The position numbers and the translations under genes are program-made. Source: an uncultured delta proteobacterium (GTDB lineage: Bacteria > Myxococcota_A > Polyangia > Polyangiales > JAFGIB01). From it: a stretch of DNA of 64,000 nt. Below the pieces are notes generated by a model that was given only the letters and a program-made list of their open reading frames with translations, was not told the origin of the DNA and did no database searches. The stretch spans positions 565,365 to 629,364 of the forward strand of contig CAVZVA010000011.1 in the NCBI GenBank assembly GCA_963778655.1, read 5' to 3'. This document shows positions 56,383-64,000 of this stretch, piece by piece (position 1 is the stretch's first letter; each line of letters begins with the position of its first letter).

Positions 56383-57369
56383 TCAATGCGGCCGCGCGCG
56401 CGGGTCGTGGCGCGCTTCTGCGCGCTCGGTGGCTTCGCGGATCAGGTCGCCCGCGCCCTGGTCCAGCAGCAGCCGGCCGGCTTCCTCGCCCAGCGCGCGC
56501 GCCTGCGCCAACAGCTCCGCGCCCTCGGCCTGCAGGTAGCGCTCGATGCCCGCACGCACCATGCGCTCGTCGCCCACCGACGCGACCACACAATCGAACC
56601 GCAGCCGCGAGCCGCCGTCCTCGAAGCGCGCGTGCGCCCCTAGCGGCGTGTGGCAGTCGCCCCCGAGCGTCGCCAGAAAGGCGCGCTCCGCCTCGACGCA
56701 CACCCGGCTTGGCTCGTGCTCCAGGCGCGCGAGCAGCGCAAGCAGCGCGCGGTCATCGCCGCGGCACTCGAGCGCCAGCGCCCCCTGCCCCACCGCCGGC
56801 ACCGAGATCGCGATCGGAATCGGCCACAGCGGCCGATCCGCCAGGCCCAGCCGGCGCAGCCCGGCGTAGGCCAGCACAATCGCGCGGTACTGCCCGGCCT
56901 GCAGCTTGGACAGGCGCGTGTCCACGTTGCCGCGCAGCAGCGCGTACTCGAGGTCGTCGCGCTGCCTGCGCAGCTGGATCCCACGTCGCAGCGAGCTCGT
57001 CCCCACCCGCTCGCCCGCCGCCAGGTCGTCGAGCTCCGCGCCGTCCGTCGTCACCAGCACGTCGCGCGGATCCTCGCGTTGTGGCACGCAGCCGAGCACG
57101 AGACCGGCTGCGATCTCCGCCGGCACGTCCTTGAGCGAGTGCACGGCCAGATCGGCGCGCCCGTCGGCGACCGCCTGCTCCAGCTCACTGACGAACAGAC
57201 CCTTGCCGCCGACGTCCGCCAGCGGCACGTCGCGCACCCGGTCGCCCACCGTCAGCATCTGCAGCAGCTCGACCTCGACGTCGGCCGCGAGCGCGCGCAG
57301 CCGCGCGGCAACCCAATGCGTCTGCACCAGCGCGAGCTGGCTCTTGCGGGTGGCGATGCGGATCTTCAT
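56383..57369 (-). CDS. hemC: Hydroxymethylbilane synthase
   Basis: IATRKSQLAL, GGKGLF, AVHSLKD, GTSSLRR, LGGDCHTP. Confidence 0.97.
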   Translation of the reverse strand: MKIRIATRKSQLALVQTHWVAARLRALAADVEVELLQMLTVGDRVRDVPLADVGGKGLFVSELEQAVADGRADLAVHSLKDVPAEIAAGLVLGCVPQREDPRDVLVTTDGAELDDLAAGERVGTSSLRRGIQLRRQRDDLEYALLRGNVDTRLSKLQAGQYRAIVLAYAGLRRLGLADRPLWPIPIAISVPAVGQGALALECRGDDRALLALLARLEHEPSRVCVEAERAFLATLGGDCHTPLGAHARFEDGGSRLRFDCVVASVGDERMVRAGIERYLQAEGAELLAQARALGEEAGRLLLDQGAGDLIREATERAEARHDPRARPH

Positions 57370-57456
57370 CTTCGGCTTCCCGGCGGGCGCGGCCGCGACC
57401 GCGCGCGGCCGACCGGCCGCGCGCGCCCGAGGCGCCGCCCGCGTGCGTGCCTCATG

Positions 57457-58806
57457 TCAGCTCCGGCCCCCCCGGCCCTCGGCCGGGAAGAGCGCCGCCT
57501 CATCGGGCTCGCCGGGCTTGCGCGCGGGCTCGCCCTCGCCCTTGCCCTCGACCTCGAGCTTGAACAAGCGCTGGACCGCCTCGACCAGATTGCCCGCCTC
57601 GCCCTCGCCGTCGCGCTTGAGCTCGGTCAGGGGCGCGTGCAGCAGCTGGCTCACGATCGACTCGCACATCGCGTCGAGCGTGCGCTCCTGCTGCGGGCTC
57701 AGCCCCGCCAACTTGGGCAGCGCCTTCTGCTTCTCGCGCAGCACCGTCTCGCGCACGCGCTCGCGCAGCGCGACGATCGTCGGCGTCAGCTCCAGCGTGC
57801 GCAGCCACTTGTCGTAGGAGAGCGCCTCGGCCTCGACGATCGCCAGCGCCTCGGTCGCCGCGCGCTCGCGCGCGGCCAGGTTGGCGTGTGACACGCGCTT
57901 GAGGTCGTCCATGTCGTACAGAAAGACGTTGCGCAGGCTCTCCACGCGCGGGTCGACGTCGCGCGGGACGGCGATGTCGATGATGAAGAGCTGGCGCCAC
58001 TTGCGCATCTTGACCACGCCGAGCATCAGCTCGTAGCTGATGATGAAGCCTTCCTTGGCGGTCGAGGTGATCACCACGTCGGCCGCAGAGAGCTCGGTCG
58101 CCAGCGCCTCGAGCGGCTTGTGCTCGCCGCCGCACGCCGCCGCCAGCGCGGCCGCGCGCTCGGGATTGCGATTGACGACCGTCAGCGACGCGCCGCGCAC
58201 GGTCAGCGAGCGGGCGGCGGTCTCGCTCATCTTGCCGGCGCCGATCAGCAGCACCCGCCGCGACGCCAGCTCGCCGAAGATGCGCTCCGCCAGCTCGCAG
58301 GCGATCGAGCTGACGCTGACGTTGCCGGCGGCGATCTCGGTATCGGTGCGCACGCGCTTGGCCACGCTGAACGCGCGCTCGAAGCAGCGACCGAGCAGGG
58401 TGCCGACGTTGCCCTGCGCGCTCGCCGTGGCTAGCGCCTGTTTGACCTGGCCCAGGATCTGCGGCTCCCCGATCACCATCGAGTCGAGCCCGGATGCGAC
58501 GCGGAACAGGTGGCGCACCGCGTCGAGCCCGTGGTGCTCGTAGACGTACGGGTCCACGCGATCGGGCGCAGCCTTGAGATTGAAGACCTGCAGCACGCGC
58601 TCGCGCGCCCGGTGTGGCTCGCCTGTGGTCGCGATCAGCTCCACGCGGTTGCAGGTCGAGAGCAGCACGCCCTCGCCGATCGGGCCGCCCTCGACCAGGC
58701 GGCGCAACTCCTCGCCGCTGCGCTCGGGCGCCGCAGCCAGGCGCTCGCGCAGCGCGAGCGGAGCGCCGTGGTGTGAGATTCCGTAGACGACCAGATCGCG
58801 TGGCAC
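57457..58806 (-). CDS. hemA: Glutamyl-tRNA reductase
   Basis: STCNRVE, SGLDSMVIGEPQILGQ, GAGKM, DIAVPRD. Confidence 0.97.
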   Translation of the reverse strand: MPRDLVVYGISHHGAPLALRERLAAAPERSGEELRRLVEGGPIGEGVLLSTCNRVELIATTGEPHRARERVLQVFNLKAAPDRVDPYVYEHHGLDAVRHLFRVASGLDSMVIGEPQILGQVKQALATASAQGNVGTLLGRCFERAFSVAKRVRTDTEIAAGNVSVSSIACELAERIFGELASRRVLLIGAGKMSETAARSLTVRGASLTVVNRNPERAAALAAACGGEHKPLEALATELSAADVVITSTAKEGFIISYELMLGVVKMRKWRQLFIIDIAVPRDVDPRVESLRNVFLYDMDDLKRVSHANLAARERAATEALAIVEAEALSYDKWLRTLELTPTIVALRERVRETVLREKQKALPKLAGLSPQQERTLDAMCESIVSQLLHAPLTELKRDGEGEAGNLVEAVQRLFKLEVEGKGEGEPARKPGEPDEAALFPAEGRGGRS

Positions 58807-58808
58807 GC

Positions 58809-59609
58809 TCAGCTCCCCCGGTAGCCGCGCAACACGTAGCCGGCGATCGCGGCCATCGAGAACAGGAAGCCGATCATGGTGCCGATCGCGGCGCGACGGC
58901 CGCGCCAGCCGGCAGCCGCCCGCGCCAGCAGCACGCTGCCGAAGAACACCCAGGCGATCAGCGCAAAGCCCTCACCGGTGTTGAGGTCGAAGCCGTCGCG
59001 CGCGGCCCAGATGGTGCCGGTGAGCAGCCCCAGCGTGAACAGCGGAAAGCCGATCGTCACCAGGCGCAGCCCGAGCGAATCGAGCACGTCGAGCGGCGGC
59101 AGGCGCTGGAACACGCCCGCCACGTGCTTGCTGCGCAGCGCACGCTCCTGGATCACGTAGGCGACCGCGGCCGCGAACGCAAGCGCGAAGGCCACGATGC
59201 CCAGCACGTTCACGCCGACGTGCAGCGGAAGCAGCGCCGAGCGCACGTCCTCGGGCACTTGCGGCACGCTGCCGCGCAGGCCCACGGCCAAGAACAGCAG
59301 CAGGGTGAGCGGCGTGATGAATGCGCCGAGCACGGTCAGCTTGTGCCGGCGCATCGTGGCCAGGTAGCCGAGCGCGATCAGCAGCGAGAGCAACGCGAGC
59401 GCCTGGTAGATGTCCGTCATCGGAGCGTGGCCCGCCAGCACATAGTCGCAGCCTAGAAAGACGGCATGTGCGCAGATCGCCACGCCGAGGATGCGCGAGG
59501 CCCAGATCACGCTCTTGCGCCCACCGCGAGCCAAGTGCGCGAAGAACAATACACACGAGACCGCGTACAGCAACGCAGTGGCGGCGAAGACGGCGGTCAT
59601 GACGCTCAT
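58809..59609 (-). CDS. Cytochrome c assembly protein (CcsA/HemX-like)
   Basis: Multi-TM, LHV, RLPPLDVLD, LLTGTIWA; upstream of hemA. Confidence 0.85.
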   Translation of the reverse strand: MSVMTAVFAATALLYAVSCVLFFAHLARGGRKSVIWASRILGVAICAHAVFLGCDYVLAGHAPMTDIYQALALLSLLIALGYLATMRRHKLTVLGAFITPLTLLLFLAVGLRGSVPQVPEDVRSALLPLHVGVNVLGIVAFALAFAAAVAYVIQERALRSKHVAGVFQRLPPLDVLDSLGLRLVTIGFPLFTLGLLTGTIWAARDGFDLNTGEGFALIAWVFFGSVLLARAAAGWRGRRAAIGTMIGFLFSMAAIAGYVLRGYRGS

Positions 59610-59710
59610 CGCCGCTCCGGAGGTACGCGTGCGGCCGATCGTGGATGACGCTTCGTCGCCGTCGCCTGTCGATCCCGGGTGCTCATGCAGCGCTCAGACA
59701 CGGCTCTGTA

Positions 59711-59788
59711 ACCGGGAGGGGCACGCGCCACTCCCGCCCGCTAAGCAAAGCCCAACGGGGCCCACCCTCCGGCGGGCTCGCTTCGCTC
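59711..59788. repeat. REP-like repeat family B, copy 2
   Basis: Homologous to 36166-36244. Confidence 0.6.
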
Positions 59789-59838
59789 CGGTGCTCGACG
59801 CTTGACTCATCGGTGCAGATCCACTGGCCCTAGGCAAT

Positions 59839-60237
59839 CTAGCGGTGCTTGAGCAGTCGGGACAGCGGGTCGGCATCCCCGCTCTGACCGTCGCCCGGGT
59901 TGCTCGCCTCCGCCGGCCGGCGGGCGCCCGCCGGGGCCGGCCGCGGCTCGCCGAGAAAGCCTTCGACGACCTGGTACGCGTTGTCGCCCAAGATCACCGA
60001 ATCTGCATAGTGCTCGCCGTTCATGGCCTGCACCTGCTCGAGGGTCTTCACCTTGCCCACCAGGCCGTGCACGTCCTCGGCGCCGGCCACCTCGCTGAGA
60101 AAGCGCAGCGCTCCGACCAGGCGAAAGCGCCGGCCGGCCGGGGTGATGGTCAGCTCGTCGCCGACCAGGCTCACCCGATCCTGCTCGAGCCAGTGATCGA
60201 GCGCCGCTTGCGGCAAGAACACGCGATTTGCGGCCAT
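59839..60237 (-). CDS. Conserved hypothetical protein
   Basis: GC3-biased ORF; LVGKVK..GEHYADSVILGDNAYQVVEGF. Confidence 0.75.
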   Translation of the reverse strand: MAANRVFLPQAALDHWLEQDRVSLVGDELTITPAGRRFRLVGALRFLSEVAGAEDVHGLVGKVKTLEQVQAMNGEHYADSVILGDNAYQVVEGFLGEPRPAPAGARRPAEASNPGDGQSGDADPLSRLLKHR

Positions 60238-60388
60238 GGCGGCATCTACCCTTACTGTGGGTCAGGGTAGCACGCCGGCCGGCGCCTTCCTAACCGCAGG
60301 ATTGACAGGCCAGGGGCCGGTCACTAAGTTGAATCCGGCCGACCGGCACGCCGCATTGCGGCCGGACGCGGCTGGAAAAAGAGGACGC

Positions 60389-60718
60389 ATGGCCGGCGAA
60401 AAGGTAATCCCCGTCAACGACCTGAGCTTCGACACCGAGGTGTTGCAAGCGGGCGTTCCCGTGCTCGTGGACTTCTCCGCGACGTGGTGCCAGCCCTGCC
60501 GCGCCATCGCGCCGTTCGTCGACCAGCTCGCAGGCGAGTACGAGGGCCGCGTGAAGGTCACGACGGTCGACATCGACGAGAGCCCGGGCACCGCGCAGAA
60601 GTTCCGCATCCGCGGCGTGCCCACGCTGCTCATGATCAAGGGCGGCCAGGTGGTCGGCCAGCAAGTCGGCGCCGTGCCCAAGGCCAAGATCCAGCAGCTG
60701 ATCAACAGCGCGCTCTAG
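60389..60718 (+). CDS. trxA: Thioredoxin
   Basis: DFSATWCQPC, IRGVPTL. Confidence 0.93.
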   Translation: MAGEKVIPVNDLSFDTEVLQAGVPVLVDFSATWCQPCRAIAPFVDQLAGEYEGRVKVTTVDIDESPGTAQKFRIRGVPTLLMIKGGQVVGQQVGAVPKAKIQQLINSAL

Positions 60719-61518
60719 TCAAACGCGGCGCGCCACACCACGGGTGAGCCGCTCTGGTAGCGGCCGTAGCCGGTCAGGTAGGTGTTGCTGCCGGTCCGCA
60801 GCACGGCGATCGCGCTCAGCGTCCAGCCGAACGTGTCGATTCCCATGCGGCCGAGCGCAGCGCTCAGATCCTCGAGCCCGTGGCTCGTGCTCCACACGAA
60901 GTAGCCGCTGCCGCTCGCGTCTGTACCGAGCACCACTGATCCGTCCGGCGACACCGCGTGCGCGTAGGTCTCGGTCGAGGTCGCGGGCCAAGCCAGCGGC
61001 AGCGCCTGCAGGCCGGTGGCAACGGTCCAGCGGAACGCGCGCGGCTCGTAGCGCCAGCCGCACAGGCCTCCGCAGTCGTGATAGTACGTGGTCCAGCCGA
61101 CGACGACCTGACCGTCCGCGGACACCGCCGTCGCTCGCCCCGAGCTCGACGCGCTCGCCGAGAGCACCCCGAGCCCGACCATGCCCGTGGACGCCGTCCA
61201 CCTGAAGGGCTCGATCAGCGCGCCCGACTGTGCCGACTCGGACCAGCCGACGATCACTGAGCCATCCGCAGAGATGTCGGTGGCGGCGGCATCGCCGTAG
61301 CCATAGGCCAGGTTGCCCAGATCGGTATGCCCGGCAGACGTCCAACGAAACGCATAGAGCCGATGTGTGATGCCGCCGGCTTCCCCGCCTCCGGCGAAGC
61401 TCTGCCCGTCCGCGGCAACCGCATACGTATACTGGGGGGCGTACCCTTGCGGCAGGTTGTCGAAGGCGATCTCGGAGGCCTGCACATGCGTCCCCGCCAG
61501 ACCAAGGCACCTGAGCAC
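60715..61518 (-). CDS. HAF-repeat extracellular protein (possibly 5'-truncated)
   Basis: Repeated AFRWT..G..ATAVSADGQVVVG. Confidence 0.75.
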   Translation of the reverse strand: MLRCLGLAGTHVQASEIAFDNLPQGYAPQYTYAVAADGQSFAGGGEAGGITHRLYAFRWTSAGHTDLGNLAYGYGDAAATDISADGSVIVGWSESAQSGALIEPFRWTASTGMVGLGVLSASASSSGRATAVSADGQVVVGWTTYYHDCGGLCGWRYEPRAFRWTVATGLQALPLAWPATSTETYAHAVSPDGSVVLGTDASGSGYFVWSTSHGLEDLSAALGRMGIDTFGWTLSAIAVLRTGSNTYLTGYGRYQSGSPVVWRAAFD

Positions 61519-61548
61519 ACGGGGTCGCAGCGGCCCGAGGTCGCGCGC

Positions 61549-62697
61549 TCACCACGCGGTCTGCAGGTTGCCCTTGCGCAGCTGCTGCGCGATCACGATT
61601 TGCTGGACTTCGCTCGAGCCGTCGTAGATGCGGGCCACGCGCAGATCACGCCAAAGCCGCTCGATCATGTACTCGCCACTGATGTACGCGTTGCCGCCGA
61701 AGATCTGGAAGCACTCGTCTACGGTCTGCCAGCTCCACTCGCCGCCCACCAGCTTGGCGGTCGACGACTCGCGGATCGCCTGCTGCCCTTGGTCGAGCAG
61801 CCAGGCCGAGCGATACACGCACAGCCGCGCCGCCTCGGTGCGCGCGCTCATCTGCGCGAAGCGGAACGCGAGCGACTGATGCTCGGCCAGGGGCGTGCCA
61901 AAGGTCTTGCGCTGCATGCCGTACTCGAGCGCCAGCTCCATCGCCTTCTGCGCGGTGCCGACGCAGCGCGCGCCGAGCGTGGTGCGGCCCTCGGACAGGC
62001 AGCGCTTGGCGTAGTCGAAGCCCTTGCCCTCCTCGCCGATCAGCGCGTCTTTGGGCACCCGGCAGTCCTCCAACACCACCTCGGCCGGCTTGCTGCCGCG
62101 GTGGCCGATGGTCTCGAACACCTGGCCGATGCGCACGCCCGGGGTCTCACGATCGACCAGGAAGGCGCAGATGCCCCGATCGCTGCGCGCGAACACCATG
62201 AAGTGGTGCGCCTTGGGCGCGTTCGTGATGAAGGTCTTGGTGCCGTTGAGCACGTAGTGATCGCCGTCGCGAACAGCCGTCGACTGCATCGCGCCGGCGT
62301 CCGAGCCGGCGCCCGGTTCGGTCAGCGCGAACGAGCCGATCCATTCACCGGCGGCCATCTTCGGCAGGTACTTCTTCTTCTGGGCCTCGTTGCCGAAGCG
62401 CACGATGCCGACACAACCGATGCCGGTGTGCACGCTGATGAACGTCGACAGGCCCCACGGCCCGCGCCCCAGCATCTCGTGCACCAGCGCCTTCTGCACC
62501 ACCGAGAAGCCGACCCCGCCGTACTGCTCCGGGATGCTCAGGCCGAGCAGCCCGAGCTCCCTGGCTTCCTCGATCAGACCGTCGGGCAGCGCGTTATTCT
62601 TCTCGATCTCGCGCCACACCGGGTTGGCGCTGTTCTCCACGAAGTCCTTGACGGACTGCTGCAACATCCGATCTTCGTCGCTGAGGCTAAAATCCAT
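61549..62697 (-). CDS. Acyl-CoA dehydrogenase
   Basis: FALTEPGAGSD, NGTKTFITN, RKTFG, ARIYDGSSEVQ. Confidence 0.95.
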   Translation of the reverse strand: MDFSLSDEDRMLQQSVKDFVENSANPVWREIEKNNALPDGLIEEARELGLLGLSIPEQYGGVGFSVVQKALVHEMLGRGPWGLSTFISVHTGIGCVGIVRFGNEAQKKKYLPKMAAGEWIGSFALTEPGAGSDAGAMQSTAVRDGDHYVLNGTKTFITNAPKAHHFMVFARSDRGICAFLVDRETPGVRIGQVFETIGHRGSKPAEVVLEDCRVPKDALIGEEGKGFDYAKRCLSEGRTTLGARCVGTAQKAMELALEYGMQRKTFGTPLAEHQSLAFRFAQMSARTEAARLCVYRSAWLLDQGQQAIRESSTAKLVGGEWSWQTVDECFQIFGGNAYISGEYMIERLWRDLRVARIYDGSSEVQQIVIAQQLRKGNLQTAW

Positions 62698-62803
62698 CGC
62701 TCCCTGCTCCTGCGCGATTCGAACGCTGCTCGGGATAACACACAGATCGCGGCCAGGTCACGCGCCCCGAACGGCCCCCAATCCTTGTCTGCCGCGCCCG
62801 GCG

Positions 62804-62974
62804 CGAGAGCGCCGAACAGGTTGAAACGTGTGCGAAGTCGCGGTGATGGGGGGATGCAGGGTGCGGGCAGGAGCCCGCAGGCGTAGTGAACCCTACGGCA
62901 AGCGGCGAGTGCTCGTGCCATGCGCCCGCCAGGGCCGTGAAATCGTGCACGTTTCAATCTGATCGGTGCTCTAA
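62804..62974. mobile_element. 171-bp hairpin/MITE-like element (family A, copy 2)
   Basis: Same length and motifs as 48591-48761; imperfect terminal IR. Confidence 0.8.
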
Positions 62975-63435
62975 CGGCCGCTGCTGCCGAAGCCGCCCTG
63001 GCCGCGCGCGGTGTCACCGAGCTCCGCGGCCTCGGCCACGCGCACCGCCTCTACGCGCGTCACGGGCGCGACCACCAGCTGGGCGATGCGGTCGCCGGGC
63101 TGAATCGCGTACGGCTCCTGTCCCAGGTTCGCAAGCAGCACCTGCAGCTCGCCGCGGTAGTCCTCGTCAATCGTGCCGGGCGCGTTGAGCACCGTGACCC
63201 CGTGGCGGATCGCCAGCCCCGAGCGCGGCCGCACCTGACCCTCGTGCCCCGGCGGCAGCGCGATGCTCAACCCGGTGGGCACCGCCGCTCGCGCGCCCGG
63301 CTCGAGCACCAGCTGCGCTTCGAGCGCAGCGTGCAGGTCGAGCCCTGCCGCGCCCGTGCTGGCATAGCCCGGCAAGCGCGCCAGCTCAGGCCGCAGCAGG
63401 TGCACCCGCAGTCTCACTCGCTCCTCCGCCGGCAT
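62971..63435 (-). CDS. dut: dUTP diphosphatase
   Basis: [40 protein letters not shown]. Confidence 0.97.
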   Translation of the reverse strand: MPAEERVRLRVHLLRPELARLPGYASTGAAGLDLHAALEAQLVLEPGARAAVPTGLSIALPPGHEGQVRPRSGLAIRHGVTVLNAPGTIDEDYRGELQVLLANLGQEPYAIQPGDRIAQLVVAPVTRVEAVRVAEAAELGDTARGQGGFGSSGR

Positions 63436-63516
63436 CGCCCGCCTCCGACCCCGACGCTACTCCAACCCGCGGCGCGATGCATGCGGGGCAACGGTAGCGT
63501 CCAGACCGCGAGGATT

Positions 63517-63580
63517 CACAGGAAGGCAGGAAGTCGGGAAGCCCAACGCCACTTCTTCGTTTCGCCTTCCCGTCTTGCTG
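63517..63580. repeat. Hairpin family C, copy 2 (downstream of pnp)
   Basis: CACAGGAAGGCAGGAAG..GGGAAG / CCTTCCCGTCTTGCTG. Confidence 0.5.
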
Positions 63581-63600
63581 CTGCGTCCCGAAGACCTGGC

Positions 63601-64000
63601 TCACGCCACGTTGCCGCGCGGACCGCCGCCGCCATGGCCACCGCCGTGGCCACCGCGCCGCCGCCCCGGTCGCGGTCGCGGTCGCGATCGCCGCGACCGC
63701 CGCGCCCGCCGCGTCGCGGTCGCGATCGCGGGGCGGCCGCTCCTCGTAACCCTGGGTTGGGCAGCAGCGCCTTGTGCGAGAAGCGCACGCGCCCTTCGCG
63801 GTCGACCTCGATGATCTTGACGTCGAGCTCGTCGCCGAGCTTGAGGTAGTCGTCGACGTTCTCGACCCGCTTCCAGTCGAACTCCGAGACGTGCAGCAGC
63901 CCGTCCTTGCCCGGCGCGAACTCGAGGAATGCGCCGTACGGCTCGACCCCACCACCTTGGCCTTGTAGGTCTCGCCGACCTCGGCGTGCAAGCAATAGAC
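63601..64000 (-). CDS. pnp: 3' end of polyribonucleotide nucleotidyltransferase (S1 domain + RG-rich tail), apparent indel errors
   Basis: EVGETYKAKVV / EPYGAFLEFAPGKDGLLHVSE..RVRFSHKALLP across shifted frames; pnp-dut order. Confidence 0.8.
   Translation of the reverse strand, partial: SIACTPRSARPTRPRWWGRAVRRIPRVRAGQGRAAARLGVRLEAGRERRRLPQARRRARRQDHRGRPRRARALLAQGAAAQPRVTRSGRPAIATATRRARRSRRSRPRPRPGRRRGGHGGGHGGGGPRGNVA

Noticed and set aside
63601..64000. Multiple frameshifts in pnp (pseudogene or programmed frameshifting)
   Set aside because: About four indels cluster in G/C runs at the sequence end of a normally conserved gene, and the terminal AGCAATA resembles a nanopore adapter remnant. 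Sequencing error is more likely.

Overview
High-GC bacterial chromosomal window. Gene content (PilZ, many lipoproteins, ArsA-type ATPase, ccsA-hemA-hemC, RRM protein) suggests Myxococcota, probably Polyangiales-like; this is an inference. The left end carries ribF, hypothetical genes, a stand-alone PDZ/NuoH-like gene and tRNA-Ala(GGC). A decayed accessory island follows (~5.26-13.0 kb). It contains an apparently non-autonomous TG..CA element, an HPF + baeRF3 pair, Cu-ATPase and PRC-barrel remnants, acr3, and a VOC lipoprotein gene bounded by direct repeats. Next come a glycosylation cluster with an AglB/STT3-like OST, a Met-rich cytochrome c, a class III cyclase-TPR, an MpaB/DUF5995 fusion, a GH9 lipoprotein, a carbamoyltransferase-SxtJ-DUF5989 trio, a reduced SOD and hflKC. 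These are followed by a pqqABCDE operon whose extended pqqA is missing from the ORF track. The rest is mostly housekeeping (ppiC, rseP, maiA, nadE, glmU, orn, leuS, hemAC, trxA, dut, 3' end of pnp). Three families of intergenic structured repeats each occur at two loci; the most notable is a 171-bp hairpin element with compensatory changes. No CRISPR array or rRNA was seen. All product calls come from motif recognition by eye, not database searches.
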